From contig CAZSBU010000001.1 of assembly GCA_964605055.1 (NCBI GenBank), forward strand, positions 1 to 33,531: 33,531 nucleotides of DNA, in the 5' to 3' direction. The notes under the pieces were generated by a model, which was not told the DNA's origin, made no database searches, and saw nothing but the letters and a program-made list of their open reading frames with translations. Within the stretch, counting starts at the first letter, position 1; the number at the start of each line of letters is the position of its first letter. The stretch comes from an uncultured Caulobacterales bacterium (lineage in GTDB: Bacteria > Pseudomonadota > Alphaproteobacteria > Caulobacterales > Parvularculaceae). The position numbers and the translations under genes are program-made. Positions 1 to 9,389 of this stretch are shown here, one piece after another.

Positions 1-220
1 GGCAGATCGCCTCGCAAAGCTTGCAGGCGATGCAGCGCTCCTCCCCGCTCGGATAGCGGCGCAGGGCGTGCTCGCCGCGGAAGCGCGGGGACAGCGGCCC
101 TTTTTCGAAGGGATAGTTGATCGTCGCCTTGGGGCGGAAAAAGTATTTCAGCGCAAGGAAGAACGCCTTGAGGAAATCGCCGAGCGCCAATCCTCTCATC
201 GCCTGTACGAAACGGGACAT
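1..220 (-). CDS. nuoI: NADH-quinone oxidoreductase subunit I (5' part, runs off window)
   Basis: Manual translation from ATG at 220: [73 protein letters not shown], the canonical NuoI N-terminus with the first CxxCxxC Fe-S motif; directly follows nuoH. Confidence 0.97.
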   Translation of the reverse strand, partial: MSRFVQAMRGLALGDFLKAFFLALKYFFRPKATINYPFEKGPLSPRFRGEHALRRYPSGEERCIACKLCEAIC

Positions 221-223
221 CAG

Positions 224-1294
224 TCAGGTCCTCCAGCTCTGGAAGCTCGCCGCCAAGTCCGGCAGCAGGATCAGCGCGCCCGCCACGAAGACGACCCAGC
301 CGAGCGAGAGCGGCAGGAAGATTTTCCAGCCAATCCTCATTAACTGATCATAGCGGTAGCGCGGCACGATCGCCTTCACCATCGCGAATAGGAAAAAGAA
401 AAAGATCGTCTTCAACCCAAACCAGAACAGCGGGACGGCGTTCAGCGCCGGGTTATCGATCGGCGCATGCCAGCCGCCGAAAAAGAGGATCGTCAGCAGG
501 GCGCACATCAAGACGATGTTGAGATACTCCCCGATCATGAAGAGGAGGTATGGCGTCGAGGAATATTCAACCTGATATCCCGCAACGAGTTCGCTCTCGG
601 CCTCCGGCAGGTCGAAGGGCGGCCGATTGGTCTCGGCCAGCGCCGAGATGAAGAAGACCACGAACATCGGAAACAACGGAATGAAATGCCAGTTGAGAAG
701 GCCCCCGCCCCGGTTCTGGCTATTCACAATTTCCGTCAGGTTCACAGAGCCGACGAGCAGGATGACCGTGATCATCACAAAGCCGATGGACACCTCGTAG
801 GACACCATCTGCGCGGCCGAACGCAACGAACCAAGGAAGGGATATTTCGAGTTCGACGCCCACCCGCCCATGATAATTCCGTACACGCCGAGCGAGGATA
901 TGGCGAAGAGATAAAGGATCCCAACATTGATGTCCGCGACCACAAGGCCCGGCGCGAGCGGCACCACCGCCCAGGAAATGAAGGCGAGAACGAACGACAT
1001 TAGCGGCGCCAGAATGAACACCACTTTATTCGCGCCCGCCGGTACGACGATTTCCTTGAATACGAATTTGAAGAAGTCCGCGAAGGATTGCAGCAAGCCG
1101 AACGGGCCAACGACGTTCGGTCCCTTGCGCATCTGCACCGCCGCCCAGACCTTGCGGTCGAACAACAAGATGAAGGCGAGCGCGATCAGCAGCGCCACCA
1201 TGAGGAGCAGCGTCTGCAGCGCCGTTGGCCAAAGCCAGTTCCACCAGCCGGCGTCCATCGGGCGGGACGTGATCGTTTGCCAGAGCGTTTCCAT
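224..1294 (-). CDS. nuoH: NADH-quinone oxidoreductase subunit H
   Basis: Hydrophobic 356 aa with [53 protein letters not shown] and PRYRYDQLM motifs. Confidence 0.98.
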   Translation of the reverse strand: METLWQTITSRPMDAGWWNWLWPTALQTLLLMVALLIALAFILLFDRKVWAAVQMRKGPNVVGPFGLLQSFADFFKFVFKEIVVPAGANKVVFILAPLMSFVLAFISWAVVPLAPGLVVADINVGILYLFAISSLGVYGIIMGGWASNSKYPFLGSLRSAAQMVSYEVSIGFVMITVILLVGSVNLTEIVNSQNRGGGLLNWHFIPLFPMFVVFFISALAETNRPPFDLPEAESELVAGYQVEYSSTPYLLFMIGEYLNIVLMCALLTILFFGGWHAPIDNPALNAVPLFWFGLKTIFFFFLFAMVKAIVPRYRYDQLMRIGWKIFLPLSLGWVVFVAGALILLPDLAASFQSWRT

Positions 1295-1403
1295 GCCGCG
1301 CGGTCTTAGTCCGGATCGGCCGCCCCGTCACGGGTCTATTGCGCTGATTGGGGTGGAAAAACCGTCGCGGCGCAGCGTAAAGTACGGGTCGCCCGGCGGT
1401 CCG

Positions 1404-2072
1404 TCAGTCCATCACGATACTCGACAAGAATCCGCTGAACCGCTTGTTCACTTTCGGCGGATCGCCTGATACGCGCAGTTTACCAACGCCCGAGACGGTC
1501 GCGTCAATTTCCTCGCTGGCGAACACCCAGGCGCTGCCAACGCCTGAGACGTTGACGTCAACAGACCGGCACCGCAGTCCCCCGGCTTTTAGGTCGCCAA
1601 CGCCCGAGAGTTCGGCCGTCAATGAACCGCATACCCCGCTGAGGTCTATATGACCGACACCTGAAATGCTGAGATCGCAGACAGCGCTGTCGATACCCTT
1701 CACCGATCCGCTCGCCACCCCGGAGACGCGCAAACCCTCAAGCTCTGGCATCCGGATAATGGCGCGAACCGCTTCCTGCCTGACGCGAGACTCTCCGCCA
1801 CGCGACCCTTTTTTGGTCCGCAGTTTCAATGTCCGTCCCACAACCTGAACGTCGGCTCGATCAAGCAACGCCTCTTCGCCAGCGAGCTTGAATGAAAATT
1901 CTTCGCCGACGACGACATCAAGTTTGTAAACGCCAGAAACGTCAATGATCGTGAAATCACGAAAATCCATTGACCGATTGCCTTCGCTGTCTTTCGCGGT
2001 CGCCGCAACCGGCGCTGCAAGACAACCTATCAGGACAAAGGCGGCGCAGAGACGATACAAGGTTAACGCCAT
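1404..2072 (-). CDS. Exported head GIN domain (DUF2807-like) beta-helix protein
   Basis: N-terminal signal peptide, DFTIIDVSG start and repeated (V/I/L)SGVG units typical of GIN/DUF2807 proteins. Confidence 0.8.
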   Translation of the reverse strand: MALTLYRLCAAFVLIGCLAAPVAATAKDSEGNRSMDFRDFTIIDVSGVYKLDVVVGEEFSFKLAGEEALLDRADVQVVGRTLKLRTKKGSRGGESRVRQEAVRAIIRMPELEGLRVSGVASGSVKGIDSAVCDLSISGVGHIDLSGVCGSLTAELSGVGDLKAGGLRCRSVDVNVSGVGSAWVFASEEIDATVSGVGKLRVSGDPPKVNKRFSGFLSSIVMD

Positions 2073-2236
2073 TCACTATTCCTCCGATATAACCATCGTA
2101 GTCGAACGCTTTGACTGGGGATACGCCGTCCAACGCAGCAAGCGGGCGTCTCAGCGCAATTTTTGCCCAACGCTAAGGGCTATTTACCGACGCGGGAAAC
2201 AGTGGGGAGACCAGCGCGCCCCCCCCCCAAGAACGG

Positions 2237-2737
2237 CTAAGGGCGGACAATAGTGAGCGAGTTGGAGCGTGCCGAGGCCGCCCATAACGGCCGGATAAAG
2301 CGCCCGAAGAGATATGCCGCCATCAATCCCGGCGCGAAGAACAGCAATCCCGTTGGCGCATCAAGGGTCGGCGGTCGACCAAGCGAGATCGCCAGAATGA
2401 CATACTGTACCGCAATGGCAGCGACGCCATATGGCCAAACGCGGCGGTAGCGGATCTTCTCCAACGCCTTGAATAACGGCGCTCCGACAACAATCGCTGC
2501 TGCAAAGCCAAACAGGAAAATAAAAAACATAGTTTGCACAGCGCCTAGCGATGTGACGAGCGCGTCTGTAATTCGCCAGCCGCCTTTTGCGATCAAAACT
2601 AAATTGTTCGCCGCGAGCAAACACGCCCCGCTGATAAGAGCGCTTATAAGAACCGCGACGACCATCTGTTCGAAGGCGATATTCGCTCGAACTTCAGCGT
2701 AGATGCGCTCGTTGCTGATCTCGACGGGCGGCCCCAC
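2237..2737 (-). CDS. Hypothetical integral membrane protein (~4 TM)
   Basis: 166 aa ORF with four hydrophobic stretches, co-oriented 29 nt downstream of nuoG. Confidence 0.7.
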   Translation of the reverse strand: MGPPVEISNERIYAEVRANIAFEQMVVAVLISALISGACLLAANNLVLIAKGGWRITDALVTSLGAVQTMFFIFLFGFAAAIVVGAPLFKALEKIRYRRVWPYGVAAIAVQYVILAISLGRPPTLDAPTGLLFFAPGLMAAYLFGRFIRPLWAASARSNSLTIVRP

Positions 2738-2766
2738 GGTTCACCCCTCAGTCTTGCGCTCTCGCG

Positions 2767-4872
2767 CTATTCTGCGGCAATTGCACGTTGGCTGCCTCCA
2801 CGCGACGCCGCGCATTCGGCCATTGTGCGAGAGGCGCGAGCAACCGGGTTTGTCATATAAAAATCGCGAACAATCGAGCGGAAAGGCAAGTCAGACAATG
2901 GACCTTCCACTCCCAAGCGGGTCACATCAAGCGAGGCGCCAGACGCGGGGCGTTCGTCAATTCGGCCGAGTGCGGGCGCGTCCGCAATCATCGCCTGGCG
3001 CAGAGAGAACAAGTCGTCATAGGGCAATGGCGACCCGATGACGCCAGAAAGGGCGCGAATGATGGCCCAATCCTCGCGGGCCTCGCCCGGCGGGAAGTGA
3101 GCGCGTTGCGTCATCTGAGCCCGGCCTTCGGTATTCACGTAAATGCCCGATTGCTCCGTATAGGCCGCAGCCGGGAAAATCACATTGGCGCGGCGCGCTC
3201 CCTCGTCTCCGTTATGGCCTTGGTAAATAACGAAAGCGTCTCCCGTGAGATCGCCGTTAAATTCATCCGCTCCTAGATTGTAGATTACCTCGATGCCGTC
3301 AGAGCGGGCAGCCGAGAGTATGCCATGAAAATCCAGTCCGCCGTCGCCGGGCAGAAAACCGAGGTCAAGAGCGCCAACCCGCGCCGCAGACGCGTGAAGA
3401 ATGTTCAACCCGTTCCAGCCTTCCCGAACAACGCTCGCGTCGGCAGCGAGCTTGCCTATTTCCGCCATTACTGCGGCGCCGTCAGGGCGCGCGAGCGCGC
3501 CCATCCCGATAATCACTAAGGGATGAGTCGCCCCTTTCAGAATATTCGAGAACCCTTCGTTGCGCGCACCCAATTTGGCTATGTCTTTCGGGCCATCGCC
3601 CATAGTTTCATAGTCGTATGTCAACTCGGCAAGCTCGCCGATAAGGCCAATTCTCAAATTCGGATTTGTCAGCCACGCTTTGCGTATGCGAGCATTAATC
3701 AATGGCGCCTCGATCCGGGGATTCGTTCCAATGAGAAGAATCGCGTCCGCTTGCTCAATGCCGGCTATCCCAGAGTTGAAAAGATAGGACTCCCGTGGAC
3801 CGCCGAGCGGCGCGCCGTCCTGACGGCAATCGAGATGTGGCGTACCGAGACGACCCATCAGGTCCTTTAGTGCTTTGATAGCCTCCGCCGAGACTAGATC
3901 GCCCGCGATTGCCGCGATTCTCTCGGGCGGTGACTGCCGCAGTTTCGACGCAGCCAGAGCTAGCGCTTCATCCCAACGCGCGGGACGCAGGCGACCATTC
4001 TCGCGAACGAACGGTCGGTCGAGACGCTGGCGCTTCAACCCATCCCAGACAAAGCGCGTTTTATCGGAAATCCATTCCTCGTTGATGTCTTCATGGAGGC
4101 GCGGGAGGATCCGCAAGATTTCTTTTCCGCGTGTGTCGATGCGAATGTTCGATCCGACAGCGTCCATGACGTCAACCGACTCGGTTTTGGTCAGTTCCCA
4201 AGGCCTCGCGTTGAACGCATAGGGCCGGGAGGTAAGCGCGCCAACCGGACAAACATCAATGAGATTTCCGGTCAGTTCGCTGTCGACCGCTTTCTCAAGG
4301 TATGTTGTGATTTCTGCGTGCTCGCCTCGATTGATGAGTCCGAGATCATCGACCCCCGCAATTTCTGTGGCAAAGCGGACGCATCGTGTGCACTGAATGC
4401 AACGGGTCATGAACGTCGTAATCAGCGGGCCCATGTATTTTTCTTCGACAGCGCGTTTGGCCTCGTCATAACGTGAGCTGCCGCGGCCGTAGGCGAGCGC
4501 CTGATCCTGAAGGTCACATTCGCCAGCTTGATCACAAATCGGGCAGTCGAGCGGGTGGTTGATGAGAAGGAATTCCATCACCCCCTCGCGCGCTTTCTTA
4601 ACCATAGGCGTATTCGTGAAAAGCTCGGGTGGTTCGCCGTTAGGTCCGGGGCGCAGGTCGCGGACATTTTGCGCGCATGAGGCGACGGGCTTGGGCGGGC
4701 CGCCCTTCACCTCAATGAGGCACATCCGGCAGTTGCCGGCGATCGACAATCGTTCGTGATAGCAAAATCGCGGTATTTCTTCGCCAGCCGCCTCGCATGC
4801 CTGCAACAGCGTCAGATCGACGGATACATCGACGTCCCGTCCGTTAACTTTTATCGGTCGTGTTTGCGTCAT
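2767..4872 (-). CDS. nuoG: NADH-quinone oxidoreductase subunit G
   Basis: IPRFCYHERLSIAGNCRMC, HPLDCPICDQAGECDLQD, RCIQCTRCVRF and DVCPVGAL Fe-S motifs. Confidence 0.98.
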   Translation of the reverse strand: MTQTRPIKVNGRDVDVSVDLTLLQACEAAGEEIPRFCYHERLSIAGNCRMCLIEVKGGPPKPVASCAQNVRDLRPGPNGEPPELFTNTPMVKKAREGVMEFLLINHPLDCPICDQAGECDLQDQALAYGRGSSRYDEAKRAVEEKYMGPLITTFMTRCIQCTRCVRFATEIAGVDDLGLINRGEHAEITTYLEKAVDSELTGNLIDVCPVGALTSRPYAFNARPWELTKTESVDVMDAVGSNIRIDTRGKEILRILPRLHEDINEEWISDKTRFVWDGLKRQRLDRPFVRENGRLRPARWDEALALAASKLRQSPPERIAAIAGDLVSAEAIKALKDLMGRLGTPHLDCRQDGAPLGGPRESYLFNSGIAGIEQADAILLIGTNPRIEAPLINARIRKAWLTNPNLRIGLIGELAELTYDYETMGDGPKDIAKLGARNEGFSNILKGATHPLVIIGMGALARPDGAAVMAEIGKLAADASVVREGWNGLNILHASAARVGALDLGFLPGDGGLDFHGILSAARSDGIEVIYNLGADEFNGDLTGDAFVIYQGHNGDEGARRANVIFPAAAYTEQSGIYVNTEGRAQMTQRAHFPPGEAREDWAIIRALSGVIGSPLPYDDLFSLRQAMIADAPALGRIDERPASGASLDVTRLGVEGPLSDLPFRSIVRDFYMTNPVARASRTMAECAASRGGSQRAIAAE

Positions 4873-5123
4873 TTCAGGAGCCAGTCACTTTCGCCAATCT
4901 TCGGTCGCCCGCACATCCCGCACATTCTGTCTACTTCCGGCTGCGGCCGTCGTCTTATAATCCAAAGGTCAAATTCGACAGAGCCGTCGCCCTTCGCTTG
5001 CTGGCGTTCGGCATTCATACACGAACTGCGCCGCGTTGGGATTGATGCATTGAAAGAACGAAAACCAACCTGTTCCCTAACTCAAAATCCCTAACCGCCC
5101 CGCGCCCCTTCAGTAAGTCCTCG

Positions 5124-5270
5124 CGGTTGCGCTATTTCGTATCGATGGATAGCGCACCCGAACGACGCTGGAAGTGGGCACAGCTTATAGTTGTTTCTCT
5201 AGGCCTTCTCCCGCAATGCTAAGTGTCGCAGGCATGCGAATTCCGCAACAAAGCGCAACAAGGGTTGCGC
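5124..5270. promoter_or_regulatory. Candidate operator sites in the divergent nuoG / XRE-regulator region
   Basis: Perfect palindrome GCGCAAC-aagg-GTTGCGC (5253-5270) 1 nt before the XRE ATG, preceded by a direct repeat of CGCAACAA; second inverted repeat cggttgcgctat (5124-5135) / atagcgcacccg (5149-5160) shares the GTTGCGC half-site. Confidence 0.5.
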
Positions 5271-5271
5271 A

Positions 5272-5934
5272 ATGTCGGACGAACTTATTCTGTGGATTAA
5301 ATCTGCCTTGCGGCGCACGCCAGACAAAACGCAGGCTGGCCTCGCAAACGCTATCGGGGTCGATGCCTCCGCTGTCAGTAAAATGCTGAATGGAAAGCGT
5401 CGCATTCGCGCGTCGGAAGTTGCTGCTATCGCCAATTACCTGGATCTATCGCCGGCGGCGGCGCCGGGGATAGGTCGGACTTCAATTCCGGGACTGGAGG
5501 AAGGATTTGCGCCATTCGCGCACCAGTCGAATTCGTCATCTCTTGCCCCGATTTACGAGGTCCGTCCCGGCCGGCAGGAAGCCGCTGGGAAATGGCTGCT
5601 TTTGCGGAACGAGCCGCCAATCGATCTGAAACCTCGCGCGCCGCATTTTGCCGGTTCATCGCGCGTCTTCGGCTTTTATGCGCCTGACGACGCCATGCGC
5701 CCGCGTTTCCGATGCGGCGAGACGGTCTGGATCGATCCTGCGCGGCCCGTGTCAGAAGGCGATGATGCGTTGTTCGTCCGAAGCGTTGGCGCCGGGCGAC
5801 CGGACATTATCATCATCGGCGAATACAGGGGCTCCTCGCGCGGACGCCTGCATTATGTTCAGCATGCGGAGCCTGATGAAAAAAGCCTTCCTGAAAAAGG
5901 TTGGCAGGCGCTTCACGCGCTGCCGCGTTATTAA
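5272..5934 (+). CDS. XRE-family HTH regulator with C-terminal S24 (CI/LexA-like) fold
   Basis: TQAGLANAIGVDASAVSKMLNGKRRI HTH; C-terminal DDAMRPRFRCGETVWIDP resembles the S24 GDSMxP...GDxVxVDP motif. Confidence 0.85.
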   Translation: MSDELILWIKSALRRTPDKTQAGLANAIGVDASAVSKMLNGKRRIRASEVAAIANYLDLSPAAAPGIGRTSIPGLEEGFAPFAHQSNSSSLAPIYEVRPGRQEAAGKWLLLRNEPPIDLKPRAPHFAGSSRVFGFYAPDDAMRPRFRCGETVWIDPARPVSEGDDALFVRSVGAGRPDIIIIGEYRGSSRGRLHYVQHAEPDEKSLPEKGWQALHALPRY

Positions 5935-5955
5935 ATCGACCGCATCCCTTTCCGA

Positions 5956-6513
5956 TCAGACGTGTGCGGCCTGCATCCGGCGTTGCATCAAATATTCAGG
6001 GTCGGCGTGTGCGCCCACCATATAGTCGTATTCATGGATGATCTCGAAACCATATCGCGCGTATAGGCGTTGCGCACCCTCATTGAATTTGTAGACACTA
6101 AGAAAAACGGCGTCGAAATTCCTCTCCAGAAACAAGAGCGCTTCATCAAGCATGCGACGCCCGAGGCCGGCTCCCTGCGCGCCGGGCAGAACATAGAGAC
6201 GTGCGAGTTCGCCTGAATTCGGCGGCATGTTCGGCACAGGCAGTTCGCATGGCCGTGCAACGGCAAAGCCGACAGGAGTCCCATCATTCAATTCGGCGAT
6301 CCAGATGGCTGCAGCCGCGTCACCAAGCAGACGGCTATAAGAAGCCGCCGAATGAGACTCGGCGATAAAAGCGGCAAGATCCTCTGGCCGATAGAGCGAA
6401 CCGAAAGTTGCCGTGAACGTTTCCGCGCCAAGCTTTGACAGCAATTCAGCGTCCGCTCGCCCAGCGCGGCGTAGACGGACCGTCGAGGGCAGTGGCGAGA
6501 GACAGGAATCCAT
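5956..6513 (-). CDS. GNAT family N-acetyltransferase
   Basis: ELARLYVLPGAQGAGLGRRML acetyl-CoA motif A and NEGAQRLYARYGF motif; ATG at 6513 chosen to avoid overlap with the YciI gene. Confidence 0.9.
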   Translation of the reverse strand: MDSCLSPLPSTVRLRRAGRADAELLSKLGAETFTATFGSLYRPEDLAAFIAESHSAASYSRLLGDAAAAIWIAELNDGTPVGFAVARPCELPVPNMPPNSGELARLYVLPGAQGAGLGRRMLDEALLFLERNFDAVFLSVYKFNEGAQRLYARYGFEIIHEYDYMVGAHADPEYLMQRRMQAAHV

Positions 6514-6539
6514 TCGTAAGCGTCCCGTTTTTAAAAGGC

Positions 6540-6836
6540 TCAGACTTTTGTCAGAGCGCCCGCGCCAATAACAGTTGTCCATTCGCGGATGCGCCATTTC
6601 AAGATCAGGCCGTTCGCCACATAAGGATCGGCAGCCACAAAGGCGCGCGGCGCCGCGTCCGTCTCGCCTTGAAATACAAGTACAGCGCCGTCCGGCGGAT
6701 TGGCGAGCGCTCCGCCCAGTACAAGCTCACCCCGTTCAACGTATGCTCGCGCCAGGTCAAGGTGTTGCGATCGATAAACCCCGCGTCGCTCGAGATAATC
6801 CGGCGCGGTCTCGTAAAAGAGGATGAAGTGCTTCAC
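6540..6836 (-). CDS. YciI-like protein
   Basis: 98 aa with RxxxRxxHL, GGAL and DPYVANGL motifs; GGAG Shine-Dalgarno upstream. Confidence 0.88.
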   Translation of the reverse strand: MKHFILFYETAPDYLERRGVYRSQHLDLARAYVERGELVLGGALANPPDGAVLVFQGETDAAPRAFVAADPYVANGLILKWRIREWTTVIGAGALTKV

Positions 6837-6915
6837 AAACTGTCTCCTTCACCTCGTTGTCGAAAGAAACCAACTAAACACATTCAGATAAACTCAACCA
6901 TGCAGAGGCTCGCGC

Positions 6916-6955
6916 AAAAAGCAAACGGCCGTCGCACGTGAGAGCGCGACAGCCG
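6916..6955 (-). terminator. Rho-independent terminator after the HU gene
   Basis: Minus strand cggctgtcgc...gcgacggccg 10-bp stem (one G-U pair) followed by tttgcttttt. Confidence 0.7.
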
Positions 6956-6982
6956 CTGAACTTCGTCTGATCTTGAAAGGCT

Positions 6983-7348
6983 TTAGATCGACTCTTTCAA
7001 ATCTTTGGCGACGCGGAACGCAATTTTCTTGCTCGCCTTGATCTTGATCGCTTCGCCCGTAGCCGGGTTGCGGCCCATTCGAGCCGGCCGGTGACGAACC
7101 TGCATAATGCCGAGGCCGCTGATGCGGATCTTGGCGCCTTTCTTCAGGTGCTTGCCGATGAGGCCGATGAACTCCGAAAGGATCTCCTCGGTCTGCTTCT
7201 TCGGCATGTCATGCGCGGCGGCGATGTCTGCCGCCATGTGCTTCAGCGTCAGAACGGCGGGCGTTCCGGCTTTGGCGGCGGCCTTCTTGGCGGGAGCGGC
7301 CTTCTTGGCGGGAGCTTTTTTTGCTGTGGCTTTCTTAACGGGCGCCAT
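6983..7348 (-). CDS. HU family DNA-binding protein with Lys/Ala-rich (PAKKA) N-terminal extension
   Basis: RPARMGRNPATGEAIKIKASKKIAFR HU/IHF signature; N-terminus KKATAKKAPAKKAAPAKKAAAK. Confidence 0.93.
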   Translation of the reverse strand: MAPVKKATAKKAPAKKAAPAKKAAAKAGTPAVLTLKHMAADIAAAHDMPKKQTEEILSEFIGLIGKHLKKGAKIRISGLGIMQVRHRPARMGRNPATGEAIKIKASKKIAFRVAKDLKESI

Positions 7349-7540
7349 CTGATTCCTCTGTGTTGAATGAAAGGCTAAAGAGGCCGCAGAATCGCGAGAT
7401 TCGCGCGAACGTAAATGACGATTTTCATCTGAAGGGGCAAAAAACCCTTAAAAACAGGCTTTTTCCGCGCCGTATTGCGCATGCGCGTCAGAAAAACACT
7501 GAAAACTGCACATTTTTAGAGGGTCAGCAGCGCCCAGCGA

Positions 7541-8842
7541 TCAGCCGGCGATCGCCATGGCGACGTGCGGCCGATCCTTCCGATACTGATTGATGCGCGC
7601 TTCGATCTCGGGCCGGAAATGCCTGATAAGCCCCTGCACGGGCCACGCCGCCGCATCGCCAAGAGCGCAAATCGTGTGTCCCTCGATTTGGCTCGCGACT
7701 TCCAGAAGGCGGTCAATTTCCGCCGTCTCGGCGTTGCCGTCCGCCATGCGGTCGAGCACGCGCCACATCCAGCCCGTGCCCTCGCGGCAGGGCGTGCACT
7801 GCCCGCAGCTTTCGTGCTTGTAGAAATAAGAGATGCGCGCAATGGCGCGCACGACGTCTGTCGACTTGTCCATGACGATAACAGCCGCCGTGCCGAGGCC
7901 GGACTTGAGGTCCCGCAGCGCGTCGAAATCCATCAGCGCGTCATCGCACAAAGCCTTTGGCAACAGCGGCACGGACGATCCGCCTGGAATGACGGCTTTC
8001 AAGTTTTCCCAGCCGCCACGCACGCCGCCGCAATGAGTGTCGATCAGCGTCCTGAGCGGGATCGACATTGCCTCTTCCACATTGCACGGACGATTGACGT
8101 GACCGGAAACGCAGAAAATCTTTGTGCCGGCATTATTCGAGCGGCCGAAGGATTTAAACCACCCTGCCCCGCGCCGGATGATCGTAGGCGCGACGGCAAT
8201 GGATTCCACATTGTTGACCGTAGTCGGACAGCCATAAAGTCCCGCGCCGGCCGGAAACGGCGGCTTCAGGCGCGGCTGGCCCTTCTTGCCTTCGAGACTT
8301 TCAAGCAGCGCGGTTTCCTCGCCGCAGATATAAGCGCCAGCGCCGTGATGGACGTAGAGGTCGAAGTCATATCCCGAGCCGCAGGCGTTCCGCCCGATAA
8401 GCCCAGCCGCATAGGCCTCGTCTATCGCCGCCTGAAGGCGTTCGCGTTCGTCGACATACTCGCCACGAATGTAGATGTAGGCCGCGTTCGCATGCATGCA
8501 GAACGCCGCTATGAGGCACCCCTCGATCAAAAGATGGGGATCGTGCCGCAAGATGTCGCGATCCTTGCACGTGCCCGGTTCGGATTCATCAGCATTGACG
8601 ACCAGATAATGCGGTCGCTCGCCGACTTCTTTAGGCATGAATGACCATTTGAGACCGGTTGGAAAACCGGCGCCGCCGCGCCCGCGCAGGCCCGAGTCCT
8701 TAATCTGCTGGATGATCCACTCAGGGCCCATACGGAGGATGTCCGCCGTCGCGTTCCACGCGCCGCGTAGCCGCGCCGCCTCAAGACGGAAGTCTTGCTT
8801 GCCGTAGAGATTGGTGAAGATACGGTCTTTGTCAGCGAGCAT
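7541..8842 (-). CDS. nuoF: NADH-quinone oxidoreductase subunit F
   Basis: [51 protein letters not shown] and [12 protein letters not shown] motifs. Confidence 0.99.
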   Translation of the reverse strand: MLADKDRIFTNLYGKQDFRLEAARLRGAWNATADILRMGPEWIIQQIKDSGLRGRGGAGFPTGLKWSFMPKEVGERPHYLVVNADESEPGTCKDRDILRHDPHLLIEGCLIAAFCMHANAAYIYIRGEYVDERERLQAAIDEAYAAGLIGRNACGSGYDFDLYVHHGAGAYICGEETALLESLEGKKGQPRLKPPFPAGAGLYGCPTTVNNVESIAVAPTIIRRGAGWFKSFGRSNNAGTKIFCVSGHVNRPCNVEEAMSIPLRTLIDTHCGGVRGGWENLKAVIPGGSSVPLLPKALCDDALMDFDALRDLKSGLGTAAVIVMDKSTDVVRAIARISYFYKHESCGQCTPCREGTGWMWRVLDRMADGNAETAEIDRLLEVASQIEGHTICALGDAAAWPVQGLIRHFRPEIEARINQYRKDRPHVAMAIAG

Positions 8843-8847
8843 TGGTT

Positions 8848-9285
8848 CTATCCCGGCAAATCCAGAAGGCGTGCGGTTTGTGTCGCTGTAGCGACGATTT
8901 CACCCGCTTCGCTGTAGAGCACTGCACGGGTGAAGACAGTGTTTTTCGTCATGTGGACGACCTCCGCCTCGCAAGTGAGGCGACCCGGTTCCGCGGGGCG
9001 CAGATACTGGGTGTGAATGTCGACGGAGGCGGGTCCTTGCCTTCCCTCGGTCAGCGCTACCACCATCGAGCCCATGGCGTCGTCAAGCATCGCGGTTAAA
9101 AACCCGCCCTGCACGCCGCCACGGGGATTTAGCATAGCGGGCGAGCCCGTGAACGTGACCCGCATCCGCTTTTGCTCGCGGCCGAGCGAGACGAACTTAT
9201 AGCCTAGAAATGAGGCGCAGGGTGGCATGGCGAAGCTATCGAGCGCCGTACCGGACGCACCGCCGAAGGATGGGGAAGCGATCAT
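8848..9285 (-). CDS. PaaI family thioesterase (hot-dog fold)
   Basis: [20 protein letters not shown] motif and hot-dog length (145 aa). Confidence 0.9.
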   Translation of the reverse strand: MIASPSFGGASGTALDSFAMPPCASFLGYKFVSLGREQKRMRVTFTGSPAMLNPRGGVQGGFLTAMLDDAMGSMVVALTEGRQGPASVDIHTQYLRPAEPGRLTCEAEVVHMTKNTVFTRAVLYSEAGEIVATATQTARLLDLPG

Positions 9286-9389
9286 TCTTCTTCCTTTGCG
9301 GCAAGCAAGTTGCCCTTTAACACCGCCGCGAGACGGAAATCCTGCAGGCCGTAGAGATTGGTGAAGATGCGGTCTTTGTCAGCGAGCAT
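9282..9389 (-). pseudogene. Duplicated 5' fragment of nuoF (35-aa mini-[38 protein letters not shown])
   Basis: 9331-9389 matches nuoF 8784-8842 at 54/59 nt by manual alignment; its ATG overlaps the GIY-YIG stop (TGATG) and its TGA overlaps the PaaI ATG (ATGA). Confidence 0.85.

Noticed and set aside
5052-5076. Possible alphaproteobacterial LexA box (GAAC-N7-GAAC) near the XRE/S24 gene
   Set aside because: The second half-site reads AACC at the required spacing; the match is too poor.
5272-5934. Prophage suggested by the CI-like repressor
   Set aside because: No integrase, Cro, replication or structural genes and no att-like repeats nearby.
7277-7320. Tandem DNA repeat gcggccttcttggcggga
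   Set aside because: Explained by the PAKKA peptide repeats of the HU tail.
7565-8644. Long antisense ORFs opposite nuoF (also 11733-12860 opposite nuoD and 9886-10656 opposite nuoE)
   Set aside because: Shadow ORFs expected from GC-rich codon bias opposite well-supported genes; no recognisable motifs.
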